A stretch of 64,000 nucleotides of DNA from NCBI RefSeq assembly GCF_009914755.1, contig NC_060928.1; one strand, written 5' to 3'. Both the position numbers and the translations under genes were made by a program. Shown here piece after piece: positions 16,396 to 29,500 of this stretch. Source of the stretch: the human T2T-CHM13v2.0 reference genome, Homo sapiens. The notes under the pieces were generated by a model that was not told the DNA's origin, did not search any database, and saw nothing but the letters and a program-made list of their open reading frames with translations. How positions within the stretch are numbered: the stretch's first letter is position 1; the number at the start of each line of letters is the position of its first letter.

Positions 16396-18662
16396 TCTAT
16401 TATGATGGACTCAATATAATTTGCTGAGAATCTAGTATGGACCGGGCGGTCTGCTCAGCTGTCACATCAGTAGGAACTCCATAAATATTTGAGGAATGAC
16501 TGGTGAGAGCAACATTGACTCAGCCCTTTATTAAGTCAGTAACAAACGTCTTTCAGGTCCAAGGTCTCATTTAATCCTCACAACAATTGCAGGGGATGGA
16601 TGTCACCCCCTCCACCTTCACCCAGGAGCAGAGTCCCTTCTGCACTGCACAAGCACATACTTAGCAGGTGAAAAGTCTCCATAGCGTTCACCTCACAAGC
16701 CCGCCAACTTCTAGAGATTTTTTTCCATTCCCTCCTGCAGCTCCCTCGACTTCACACGAAGCATCTTTTTTAGCATCTGTTCAGCCTGACTCCCATCATT
16801 AGATACATTCTTATGTGTTTATAATGCATCACTGATTTGTTTCAGGACTAAATCGTGGGATCTAAAAATAAAGTGATGTTGAACATATTTCTTTGCATAT
16901 TAACTTTAAAGAAATGGATTAATCTTTTAGAAATAATCAAAATTAAATGATCCACTCAGCATGGAGCAGTTACCAAAAATAACAAAAAGCAAAAACTCTT
17001 CAGATTCCCACTTTTCCTTTTTTACTGCTTCTGGATTTGTTAATGTAAGCATATCCTTCATAATTTTTTCATTTGAAAAATTAAGAGGTTTAGCAAGCCT
17101 ATGGTAACCCAATCTTGTTTTTCCCTGGGGACATTTAAATGGAAGCAGGATTCATTTATTCTCCAAGTCAAATTCTCATTTTCAAAAATGACATTGCAGA
17201 ACTGCCGTCATCATCCTAAGAGATGGAACAAAGAATGATAAATAAAGTGACACATGTGTTGGTATAAAAGTTGTTTTCTGACATTTCAGCCATTTATCCA
17301 ACACATATGCTCTGTCTGTCCACTACAGGCTGGGCAGGATGAGGATCTAGAATTGAAGAGGGTGTGGTTCTTTCTCAAAATCAGCTTCCTCAGTAGAATG
17401 GGAGGCAAGACTTCCAAATAAATATGACAGCAAGAGACAGAAAGCTTTATGGAAAGGAGAGCAATGGGAGTGGGAAAAAAAAGTCAATTCCTGCTGAAAT
17501 AAAAATATGATCTGCCTATTTGATAGAACATTTAAAATGTTTTCCCTTCAACATACATGCACGCATATCCATTTTGACTGTTTGCTTCTTTTCTTTCTTT
17601 GGAACCTGACAATACTCTCAATCACCAGCCCTTGGGTGTTTACCTGTCACCTAGGCTTGGTGACATTGTTTTATTCAATTTGATATTTCCCTATTATTCA
17701 GAAAGGGTTATATATGCAAATAAATATACATTCTGGTTGCAACATTAAATAATGAGGCAAACTACAGTTTATAAAATGCAGTTGTTCCATGCCACATTTC
17801 ATTTTAGGAGAGGGAGGCCTACAGCCAACTGTGAACAATTACCAAATTGTCAGTGGAATTCAATAAATGTTGTTTAAAAAAACTAATTATTTGTTACAAT
17901 AACCAGCTACTACTGCCACTTTGTATTTGGAGGTTTGTAAACTACTTCCATTTGAAATGTAATTGATTCCATTTTTATCATTTGTTCAAGTTTATGTGGT
18001 TGTTCTCATCCTAAGAGATGATAACATCTATTTTCAGCAAATTATACATTATAATTCCTCATTCAAAAGCTGTAACAGAAAACAAAATGCTAATTTATGC
18101 TGTAAATGAAACTACAGAATCATAATCACTCATTGTTAACATTAGGGACTAAACTGCTACTGGAAATAATAAATTGGAGCAGAATGTGTAGGGGTTGTTG
18201 GTTAGCTTTTTCTTTTTCTTTGCATCTTTTTTGCTTGTTATTACACAACCAACACACTTTCTAATACTCTTTCAGGCAAGAGATTACATGGATGTCTTGT
18301 CTTCTTCCACAAAGAAGCCAGACGTTCACTGGGCTTTTAGCTATTACCTGCAGCTCTCTATTTGAAATCTATAGAAGACGTGCTCACAAAGCAATCAGAC
18401 GTGCACACTACAGAGGGGAAGCAGATTAGAACTACACACCTGCTCTTCCACATTCCATTAAGTTTCCACATCTACATTTCCCTTTGCATCAACCATCTCC
18501 TCCCCTGCCCGCTTCCCTCCTCCCCTCCACCGCATGTTTCTCCTGTATGAAGACCCCAGCGTAACCTCTTCTGGTCAAGGTGAGCCTCCCCCAGTAGCAA
18601 GCTTCCCCTCTGCTTCAGCAACTACACCGAACAAATGCATAAATGCACATAAACCCAGTAAC

Positions 18663-18853
18663 TTTTTTTAAAGATGGGGTCAGTAGCTACGATTACAGGC
18701 ACACGCCATCACACCTGGTTATTTTTATTGTTCTTTAGAGATGGGGGTCTCCCTGTGTTGCTCAGGCTGGTCTTGAACGCCTGGACTCAAGGAATCCTCC
18801 TGCCGCAGCCTCCTGAGCAGTTGGGATTACAGGTGCGAAAAACCGTGCTCTGG
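18663..18853 (-). mobile_element. Truncated, internally deleted old Alu (AluJ/FLAM-like)
   Basis: AGTAGCTACGATTACAGGCACACGCC...CAGGCTGGTCTTGAAC...GGGATTACAGG. Confidence 0.75.
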
Positions 18854-20124
18854 CAAAATCAGTAAATTTCAATAAATATAGTCAACCCTTATTAACACAC
18901 ACAAAAAGGGTGGGGGTGGATCTGGTACCATATTCTAGACACTGCTTTGTTGAAATAACGATCTTCATGTGAAAATAATGTAATACCACCTAATGGCATT
19001 TTCTCCTTTCTTCTTTTTTTAAAACATAGAATCCGAAAGAAAGAAACATTTTAATATAATTATTATATCAAAAAGGTGAATTTTTCAAAAGGACCAAAAA
19101 GTCACACTGCCTTCTAGAGTAAATCACTTTTCTGCTGCCCTTTTATTTAATGCCGTCTGCTGTACACATTTACCTCTTCGCTGGCAAAGTGTGATCATTG
19201 ATTTCCTATGGTCTCTCTGGAAGGAAGTTCTGCTTCCTTGATGATGAATACAAGGGGTAGGTGACCCCATTCTCATTCCAATGCAAGCCTTGCACTTTTA
19301 CATTTCCGCTAGGGCTACAGGAACGTGAAAGCAGTGAGAAACTCCTTGCCCTCTTCATAGAGACTGTCTTGCTGTAACTACTGACATTTAATGTTTTCCC
19401 TCCGCTTCCCACAACTGTATTTTGGAAGATCACAAAATAAGGGCTGAACCACTAAAAGGCATTAGTTCATGATGGACATAAATGTTAGGCGCATGATTCA
19501 GTACAGAAGATACCTGTTATAACATGGCCGGGATGAGAAAGGTAAATTTCAGCCTAAATCTCAAATGTAACTATATGTAGCACAAGCGGAAAGTGACACG
19601 GATTAGCTCATGACAGTGTATCCCTCACTATATATATGATAGGGTTTTGATACATCTGAATGATTATAAAATTATTCTATTCATGTATCTCACAGTTATA
19701 TTTCTTCTGTCGAATATTTTATTGATATTCATGTACATTTGGAATGAGTGCCCCACTAAACCATAATTATTCTGTTTTAGAAGGCCCTGTCTATCTCTCA
19801 GGCTAGATCTACCATTCAAACCAAAAAGAATGGTCAACTCAAACATCTAGTCCAAAAAGCATCAGGTAGTTATGGTTGATTCCACCAAAAGAGACAACTT
19901 CACCTCGTTCATCAAAAAGAATTCTATCTGGTTATATAAAAGAAAGTGGGTAAACTTGGGCAAACAAAGGAGATATTCACTATTTCACAAAGCTGGCAAA
20001 TAAATGACACCATTGCCAAACTTGCCAGAAATGTACATGTGGCCACACAATTTCTTCTGTGTTGTAGCAGAAAGTGAGTACAGTGGGGATAAGAAGAGGA
20101 AGCTGGCACAAGTCTGTCTGGTGG

Positions 20125-20310
20125 AGGGCCCAGCTTTCCCTGACTAGCGCTGAGACCTTAGGCAAGTCACTTAATTCTCTGTGCTTTGTTTGCCTCATCT
20201 ATAAAATGGGAATAACAGTAAAAGTACCTACCTCATATGTTGTTATGGAGAGTAAATGAGTCAAATATTTATAAAGTATATGGAACAACAATTGATAAAT
20301 GTTAGTCATT
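20125..20310 (+). mobile_element. MIR
   Basis: GACCTTAGGCAAGTCACTTAA...CCTCATCTATAAAATGGGAATAACAGTA core. Confidence 0.8.
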
Positions 20311-20353
20311 GTCACTGCTCTTTAATTACCAAGTTTAAGGTTTACATATATTA

Positions 20354-20878
<525 letters not shown>

Positions 20879-23800
20879 TTAAGTAAGCCAGCCTTATTGG
20901 AAGACCTGCAACAAACTCTTTTCCTCTCCTATACCCCTAGGAGAAACCCAAAGTCAGAAAAATTGGAGTTATGTGAAAAGTGGGGTTCTGTGAGCTGGAT
21001 TTACAGGAGGATTTCTAAAATTTATTTAAGGTAAGAACGTAGAAATGCACTTAAAACTCTTTTGCAGTTCATACTACATCTTCAGGGAAATAAAAATGTT
21101 GAAAAGGTATAGAAGCCCAGTTGATATTTTTTGAACTTTGAGGTATTGGCTATCTAACAACTTTGTAAATGGAGGACATTCCCAAGTCTTGGCTCATCTC
21201 CGGGGATGCCAACATTGTCACCACTTTAAGAATTATGAAATGTCCAGAAAGAAAGAAAAAAAAACACTGAATTCTTTATGGTATTTGGACTGAATGGAAA
21301 AGAAGTGTTCCTCAGTGGGCTGCTTTCTGCTTTGGCTATCCATATTCATGGAGGTAATGCCAAGCCAAAAAAAAAAAAAATGGGCAGTCAGCACAAGCTT
21401 TCGACAACTTACCCACGTCCATTAATGATTCTGCACTGAAACTTCTACCTTGCTGGAGAAGACACAGTGAGTATACAGAATTATGGGTACTGGCTAATTC
21501 AAAACAGTCACTGCCTACTCTGAGAAGATAGTTCCCTTATGAAGATGCCATTTTTATATTTCTAGTCTGGAAAATTTGGGAAGTGGTGGGGGCAGGGAGC
21601 AGATAAAGAAAAGTTTAAAAAGCAGGGTCAAGCCTCGTGGTAATGTCTTTTACGTAGCCTCAGGTTAAGCTACCCAGTAACCAAAAAGCTGGTCAATCAG
21701 GTGAGTAAAGTCAGATGTCTGGCCTCATGGACACTCGAGCAGTCAGCTAATTGGCTCCATTTTTCACTTTCAATTGATTGATTCAATATCATACAGACCT
21801 GGCCTGCTTCGATTTGGGCTTACATAGTGACAGCTAATAAGGTGACCTGGGTCCAAACTGCAAGCAGTAATAACCACTCCACAGTCAGCTTTCTGATGGA
21901 GACAGGAAGCCGAAACAACTACAGGAGAGAATCACAGGTTGAAAAGCACAACATCAAAAGATAAAGCTCGGTTTTGGAAGCTTGCACTACTGCCATCCCT
22001 AGGCGTGAAACTGTAAATTAAAGAATGGTCTGCTGTCTGCTGCACTGAGCCAAATCAGAGACATTTCACATATACACTTTAACTGGGGGTTTCATTCTAA
22101 TTGAAGAAATGAATTCCACCTAAGCAGATGCTCCCCCCCGCACACACACACTTGCTATGATATGTTTTGCACATTGGCAAGTGGGTGCAAAATATCTGCA
22201 ACATGGTCCTCTCAGATATAGGACAAAATTTCCCAGTTTTTAAATGGTAACAGATGTAGTTTCGGCTCTAATACACATTGGGCTCTCTCCAAAAAAATCA
22301 CCCCTCCCTCCCCAGCTTCAAGAATAAAATGTCACAGAACAAGTAAAAACCTGGTCAGTGATGATTTGTGGCTGGGTTTTTGTTGTTTGTTTGTGTTTCT
22401 GTTTTTCAGTAATGAATAAACACCCTCATTGTTTCCAATTTTCCAGGTCTATATATCAAGAAGCTCCATCTTCATTATTTTTTTTTTACTTGCTTGTTTA
22501 TAACGAGAGGCGTCATAATCATGTTTCTTGTGAAAATGAAAGTAATCAAAATGCCTTGTGATTCCAGGAAAAGAGCTTCTTAGGGAGACATGCCTGCCTG
22601 CTACTGATGTTGCAGAAAGGTTCCTTTTACATGGTATTAGATGTTGAGAGCACATCATATTGATCTAGAAATAAAAAGCTTGATTTTTTTTTTAGTACAG
22701 TCAACGCTTACCTTCATAAGCACTATATAACACTAGGAAAAGGATTTTTAATTGAGGTAGAGTAAACAAATTATATCTGAAGAACATTGCCATTTTTAGG
22801 AAACGCAGGATATGTAAGCATTTTGGCAGCAATCAGGGTAAAATCATGAACAAGTCTCACTCTTGCAAATTTGGCCCAGGCCTTCCTATAGCAGCTCTGC
22901 CCGAGTCCAAGATGAGATTTAAAGTATCGTCTTTGTTGTATTCTTTTTCTTCTTAGGAACAGTTAGGAGCAGGTTTCTCAAACATGTGCCCATGCTCAAA
23001 TGCTGAAAATGCAAACTGGAGATCAGTAAGGCCCGTTATGCACATGTATTCTTCATCTCTGAAAATGGAGATTGTGGCAGTGTTGGAAACCGCAAATCCT
23101 GGTAAGATTCACTGCCCCGGCTGCATTTACCACCAGAGATTAAAGCTTCGGTAGCATCTGACGCACCTTCCCCTAATGATGTACATCTCTCATTTGTTTC
23201 TGTACTTTATCTTAAAGTTCATACCACACCACTGGAAGAAGAAATCAATACTTCAAATAATCTCCTCTCCCCACCATACAATTTCACTGCACTAAGAGTA
23301 GCACAGTACCCAATACCAGCCCGAGAGCCAATCATTCTCCAGAGAGCAGAGCCAGCTGCTTTATCAGAAATTCTTTCGATTTTCTTAGCAACATGAGTAT
23401 CCCCTTCTAGAAGAAAGATGTTGCCTCTTGGGGAAACGCTTTTCCACCTCAAGTTAAACTAACTTTACCTGAAGAAGCCGGTAGTTTTCCTCTTTTTAAA
23501 ACGCCCCCCTCCGCAAATGGTTCTCTCTTTCCTTTACTCCAAACCTGCCCCCATCCAGTCCCTCTCTCCCACCTCCTCTGGTTTCCTAGGAGTTTGCACG
23601 TGATTGCCTGTCTTGTGAAATCCAGCCGCAGCCCTTCGCTTTTAAACGCTCTCAAATGACTTGTTTCTATCTCGTTAAAGATGCTGCGAAACCTCCCATC
23701 TCTGCAAAGCTGTATCACTGCTTCCTTAGACCCAAGTCTCCTTCCTCTCTTCCTTTGGAGGAATACAAAGTGCCTGAGTTTCACGGCCCCGGGGTGCAGG

Positions 23801-23982
23801 TCGGAGGCACGCGCCTGGAAACTTGTCCTAACGCCTCTGACTCCAGGACTGGGGGGCGCGGCGCTGCCGAGGACGCCCGAATGCCGGCCGGGCTTGTACC
23901 GGGTGCGTGGTTCAAGCCTTTCGTACCCGCCTCAGTCCTCAAAGACGAGCAGGGCTTGGTTTCTGACTCATCGACAGACACA

Positions 23983-23983
<1 letters not shown>

Positions 23984-24047
<64 letters not shown>
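23984..24047 (+). repeat. (AC)32 microsatellite
   Basis: Uninterrupted AC run counted from the sequence. Confidence 0.97.
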
Positions 24048-24050
<3 letters not shown>

Positions 24051-26094
24051 CACACAGGCAGGCACGCGGACGCCCGCTCCTGGAGAGCTGGAGTTTGCGG
24101 AGCCGGAGGGGTCGTTGGCTCTCGGCAATCCTGGGCGGATGCAAGGAAGCGTGGAGAGCACCCAAGGCCCGCCAGGCGGGGCAGGATAGCCTGAAGGAAG
24201 CCACCGGCGCCGGCCACGGGCAGCCGGGCACCCTCCGGGCCCCGATCGTGCTTCTCCAGGCCCCCAGCTCCAGCGCCGGCCCGACCACCTCAGTAGCTCC
24301 TGCAAGTTTCTACTCGCAGCGAGGCCTCGTGTCTCCCGGCTGCCTCACCGCGAATCCTCACTCCGCGCGCCTGGGCTGCCCTCCCGCCCCGCCCGAACGG
24401 CCGGCGTACTTCCCGGGGGCAGCCCAGACGCCCCCACCCGCGGCGGCGGCCCGACGGTCTGCCCAGAGCTCGCCGCCGCCTCCCGCTGCTGCTGCCGCGG
24501 CGGCGGGAGCCTCTCCAAGGCTCCGGGCGGCCCTTATGTATTATTCACTCGGATGGCCGCAGCGCTTTCTGGAGAGCCCACGCCGGAGAGGTCTTCACCT
24601 GGCAGCTAGTAGTTTGGCGATTTGTTTCTTGGAAACTTGGGGTGATGCGGAGGCGGCGGCGGCGAACATTTTTCGGTTGCTTTCGGGGTTTGTCTTCTCT
24701 GCCGGGAGCTCGCAGGAACGCGCTGCGCCCCGGGCCCGGGAGGGAGCGCGCCAGCGCCGGCGAGCGCGGCGGGCAGCCCCGCAAGCGGCCGAGGCTGGCT
24801 GGCGGGCTCCGGAGGAGAGGCGCCGCGGAGGCCAGGCGAGCCGGGCTGAACGGAGCTCTTTTCCTCGACACCCCCCACCCCTAGCGGGCCAGCTCCCCCC
24901 GCGGTGCGCGCTCCGCGGGGCCCGGGAATCCCCGGCGCCCTGGACCGCCCACCGAGTAGCTAATGCCTTTCACCATTGCTCCTCCACCGCTCCTCTGGCC
25001 CCAACTTTCCCCAGCCCAGACACGCGAGCGCGCGCGCACACCCACACACAGACACACACCCGCGTGCACACACACACACACGCATACACGTACACACATG
25101 CCTCCCCTCCCTCGACCCCAGCTCTACTTCCCCGCGTAGTTTGGAGATGACAGATGCCTGTAGACTTTCACCAACAAGCGGTGGGGGCAGCAGACTACAA
25201 CAGTTATTTAATTAAAAGGCATTTTTCCTCTCTCTATTTCTCGCTCCAGCTCCCAGAATAGCTTTTTCACCCCTAGACCCTGAGCACATGCCTGTCTCTC
25301 CAGGTTACCAGTGGCCCGCTGACATCCATCTCCTTCCACGCCCCCCTTCCGGCGTCTACCCCCAGCGTCCCTGGGCCCCCCGAGTCACACCGACACGCAC
25401 ACCTACAGGCCGGCGGCGTGGAGCGTCTAGGGCACGATGCAGCCGGACTGCATTGCACAGTCATCAAAGTTAAGTGTGTTTGTGGGGTGCTTCTGTGCCC
25501 CAGGGGAGGCGCGGGGTCAGGAGGAGCGGAGGCTCCACTCTGCACCCCACCCCCCCCACCTCCGCGGGTCAGGGGACGCCTCTACTTGAGATTGCAGCCA
25601 TTTTAGGGAAAGAGGCGGCTCGGGCCCCGAGGGGAGTGGAGGGGGGACAGCACGTCGCGGGGGGCTTGCGGCTCTGCAGCCCCTCGGCGCAACTGGAAGG
25701 CGGGTAGGCGCCGGGCGCACAGGGGCGCGGCGCCCGCGGCGACTTGGGGAAGGTTGCGCTCGAGTTCCCTGGTTCTGCCTGGAGTTGTTCGGGGTAACGC
25801 GCCGGCTCCTGCCTCTTTCTCGGGTTCCCGCTGGGCTGGGAGGTGGTGGGGGAAGGTGTCGATGGCAGATTGGGCACGGGAGGAACGCGACAGAACCTGG
25901 AGACTGGAAAGCTAGCGATGGGGGAAGGGGGGGTATCTCCTCTCGCCGGTTGGCGCTGACCCAGACAGTGCGACCCACTTGGCCCCCCATCCTCCCCACC
26001 CCCTCCCGAGCCTCTGCCTCCCCACCAAGTACCAAGTGAGCGCGCGGCAGGGGGCAAGGGGCGCGACGCCGCCCGGCACCGAGCCACCCCTTAC

Positions 26095-26540
26095 CTGGTT
26101 GGAAGGGGTTTCCCAGGAGGAGCCGTAGTTGTAAAAGAAGGAAGAGAAGAGGGTGTCTTCCGACAGCCCGCAGCCCGCCATGCTCTGGATGCAAATAAAA
26201 TGAGGAAAGAAAAAAAAAGCACACATACACAAAAGCAACCCAAAATTTTAAAAATCAAATTAAACCAATAAGCCAAGAAGAAATTCTCTCGAAAATAAAA
26301 GAAAAGGAGGGGGAAGGGAATGGCAAAGGGAACGGAAACTCTCGGCGGTGCTCCCTCTCCGGGAGAGGAGGGATGCTCGGGCTGCCGCCGCCGCCGCCGC
26401 CGCCGCCGCTGCCGCCTTCTCAAGACGGTACCTAGATAGGTTCGTCCTGACTTGGGCAGCCGCCGCCGCCGCCTGTGCCGGCTGCGTGTGTGCGCGCGTG
26501 TGTGTGCGTGTGCGTGTGTGTGGTGTGTGCGCGCAGAGCG
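26095..26540 (-). other. Probable first (5' UTR) exon of an unidentified gene; 5' boundary approximate
   Basis: Consensus donor AACCAG|GTAAGG at 26,095/26,094 inside the CpG island; GGC repeats then a U-rich tract, typical of 5' UTRs; no recognisable protein. Confidence 0.7.
26384..26416 (-). repeat. CGG/GCC trinucleotide repeat: (GCC)8 GCT (GCC)2 on + strand
   Basis: Read directly; a second (GCC)5 lies at 26,459-26,473. Confidence 0.95.
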
Positions 26541-29500
26541 AGAGACCGCAGGGGAAGCGAGAGGGCGAGATAATGAGCGAGCCGGGATGGAGGCGCAGAG
26601 GCAGCGCGAGCGGGCGGGCGTGTGCGCGCGGGGGTGCGTGCGTGTGTGTGTGTGTGTGTGTGTTGTGTGTGCGCGCGCGCGAGCGCGCGCGTGTGGCTGG
26701 GTGTGCGTCTGTTTGGGGAGCTCACCGGAGAGCCGGGGCCGTCACGTGGGCGCGCTGACTCCGCCGGCTGCCGGGGACAGCCTGTACTACAGCCCCGGCC
26801 ACTAAATCAGACCACGCCGCCAGACCTTTTGCAGCCCGCGGCCGGCCGGCCGCCTTCTCCGACCTCCTCGCCATAGCCGCCGGGCCATGCGCGTCCCGGG
26901 ACGGCAGGGGGCGCGGGTGAGGCCGCGGGCAGGTGGATGGATGGGTGGGGAGTGGGCCGCCCTGAGCCCGGGAAGAGGAAAAATGCTCGAGGAAAAACAC
27001 AGGCGCCCACCCCCCCGCTACGTCCGGCAACCTCCTGGCAAGCCTTCCTTCCGCCCTGTTTGAAGATTTTTTTTTTTATTCCTAAAATTGCTTTTCCATG
27101 CAGAGACCCCTCTTCCAGCCACGGGAAAATTATTTTCACATAGTTGCTATGTCCCGCTTTTCTTGCTTTCGCGATCCCTCCAGCCCCCCCGCGCGCGTGT
27201 CCACGCAGGCACAGACACACCGGTGCCTGCCTCCTCCCATTCCAAATGCAAACCCACTTCCTTTTGCCGGTTGCTGTAGTTAAGCTAAGTCAATGCTACA
27301 TCAAACTAGGCTAGGCTGAGAGGACTGGAAAGTGGATTTAGGGGACAATACTGCCCCAGCAGGAAGAAAGGCTCTAGTTTGGCGTTCTGTTGATTTAACA
27401 GTTTAAAACGAAAATGGATTTTGTAGCTTCTGCACTAAAACTCAGGCCCCTTGAGTCACAATTATTTAAAGGGAGCTATTCTCTAAAGTCCATTATATGA
27501 TATAAAAATGTAAACGGATATAATGTCGTCTTTCTCTCTCTCCTCACAAAATGGTATTTTAGAACCAAATCTTTCAGTCTTAATAATTGGGTGGCTGAAA
27601 GGTGTGTTTTTTTTTTTTCTGCAAGAAGACATTCTTTACTTGCTTCCCCTTACTCTTTATACAGATATTTATAGAAAGTAAAATTTAAATAAAAACCAGC
27701 ATATCTGTGTAAGATGCTCTTAAAAGTATTTGAATCCTTGCAGGAAGACTTGAAACAACCTCTTAAAGGCAGTTTATATTGTTTTCTTTCTGAATCCCGT
27801 TTCCAAATGCTGCCTATTTTTATTCAAACCAATTGTGTTTTTCCAAGAGTTCACACTTCCACTTGTAAATTCCCCACTGGAGGTCGAAATCCTCTGTGAA
27901 ATAAACATTTCCACAGCAACCCAGTGATGTCAGAAACGTCGGCTAGTGATTTCAGAGGGGAAATAAAACAGGAGCAAAGAATGGCTCTAGAAAGACAGTT
28001 CCTTCATCCTTGCGAATAGCATGCCTCCTGGTAGAAATTCAGAAAACATTTCTGGCTAAATACCTGTTTTCTTTTTCTGAGATTGACTTATTTTTCAAAG
28101 GCATGTCAAATGATCTTTAAAAAAAAAAATAGGTCACCATCCTCTTTTCTGGATTGGTGAAGAATGCTGTTTCAAATCAGTGGTGCCTAACCACACTGGC
28201 CACTGTAGATTTTTATAAGGGGGGGATATATTTTTTCTAAAAATTGATGTTGGAGAGAACATTGAAAGATGAAATTTTACGTACTAACTTCAGGCCCAAA
28301 TAATGCTGACTGACCTGGCTTCAAACTTACAATAGTTTTTTTAAAGTATTAGGCACACAGAAGTTCTATTCAGTTATCGAAATTGGTGCTGATCTCACCA
28401 ATATTGAATAAAGGGGCTTCTCCATTGTTCCCTCTATTGTTTCCTGTGTCTCCTGGCTGAGAAAAAGAAGGGAGGAATTCTTCATACTGCCCCTAATTCA
28501 ATCCCCTTGCAGTCCCACCCCTATAAACATTAAATGTAAAGAGACCAGAAAATATTAAATTAGGCCCAATGCCTGTGTTTTCTTAGGCTTCCTATCTAAA
28601 TAACATTTATACAGAGCATTATAGAAATGTCCACTTTGTAAACTGCTTTTCATACATACGTTAGCCCAAGTTAACATTCTGTTCCTGCAGCCACTCACTG
28701 ATTCCCTGATTTTAGCTCAGGTCCCACATTCACACCAATGGAAGTTCATTCTGTCTGTGTTATCCCATCATCTATTTGTTGGATAAATGGATTCATTTCT
28801 CACAACAATTTTGGGAGAATCAGGACTCTTTATCTCCATTTTACAGATGTGGAAAGAGGCTCAGAGATGCTAAATAACCTAACCCAGGTCCTGCAGCTAC
28901 AAAGTGATAGAAATTGAACCTAAACTTTGTGACCCCACCTACCTCTTTCTTCCAGATCTAACTGAGCCCATCACAGGCCTGCTCTTCTATGAACATTTCC
29001 CCCCTGCATACCAGATGGAGTAAGTGATTCCAACCCTTTCCCCCCAGTTGATGTCAAGTGTACATTTGTGAAATGTCTTAATTTAAAAATTGATTGCATG
29101 TGCTCATCACTGTCCACAAGAGCCCTGTTAGGCAGCAATTATTAGTTTTTTTTTTAATAGACCAGGAAACTGAGGCTTAAGGAAAGACCCCCCTCCCCAA
29201 CTCCCCCTCCTTCCTACAGCTAGTAAGTGGAAGAGCTGGGTCTTGAACCAAAGACTTCTGGCTCATGCCTCTCTTTCCCTGAACAAACACACAGGAAAAC
29301 AGATACATGGATCCACCTAGCAGGCCCAGGGCCTGCAGAGGCATCCAGGGATAAAGAGGCAGGAACAGGTTTAAAAGAACCTCCTCTGGGCACAAACAGG
29401 GGAACACTGTATAAAAGTCTCACCTCCAGCCTCAAACGTTTGTTTCCCCTCAAGTCTCCAGCTCTTTCTTTTTTCAACAGGAAAGCCCCCAAAGACGGCC

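Larger units (their letters stand above)
23780..27270. promoter_or_regulatory. CpG island / promoter of a minus-strand gene
   Basis: Very high GC and CpG density, GC-rich tracts, E-box GTCACGTGG at 26,741-26,749, no Alus between ~20,860 and 30,630. Confidence 0.93.

Noticed and set aside
21695-21706. Plus-strand consensus donor CAG|GTGAGT (also at ~1,164)
   Set aside because: Isolated motif expected by chance; no supporting acceptor or promoter identified
23681-25150. 489-aa + strand ORF and other overlapping ORFs in the CpG island
   Set aside because: GC-rich, stop-poor DNA; it translates microsatellites (THTHTH) and Ala/Arg/Pro runs with no recognisable domain
26095-26540. Assigning a gene symbol to the minus-strand gene
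   Set aside because: No coding exon I recognise lies in the window; a genome alignment is needed
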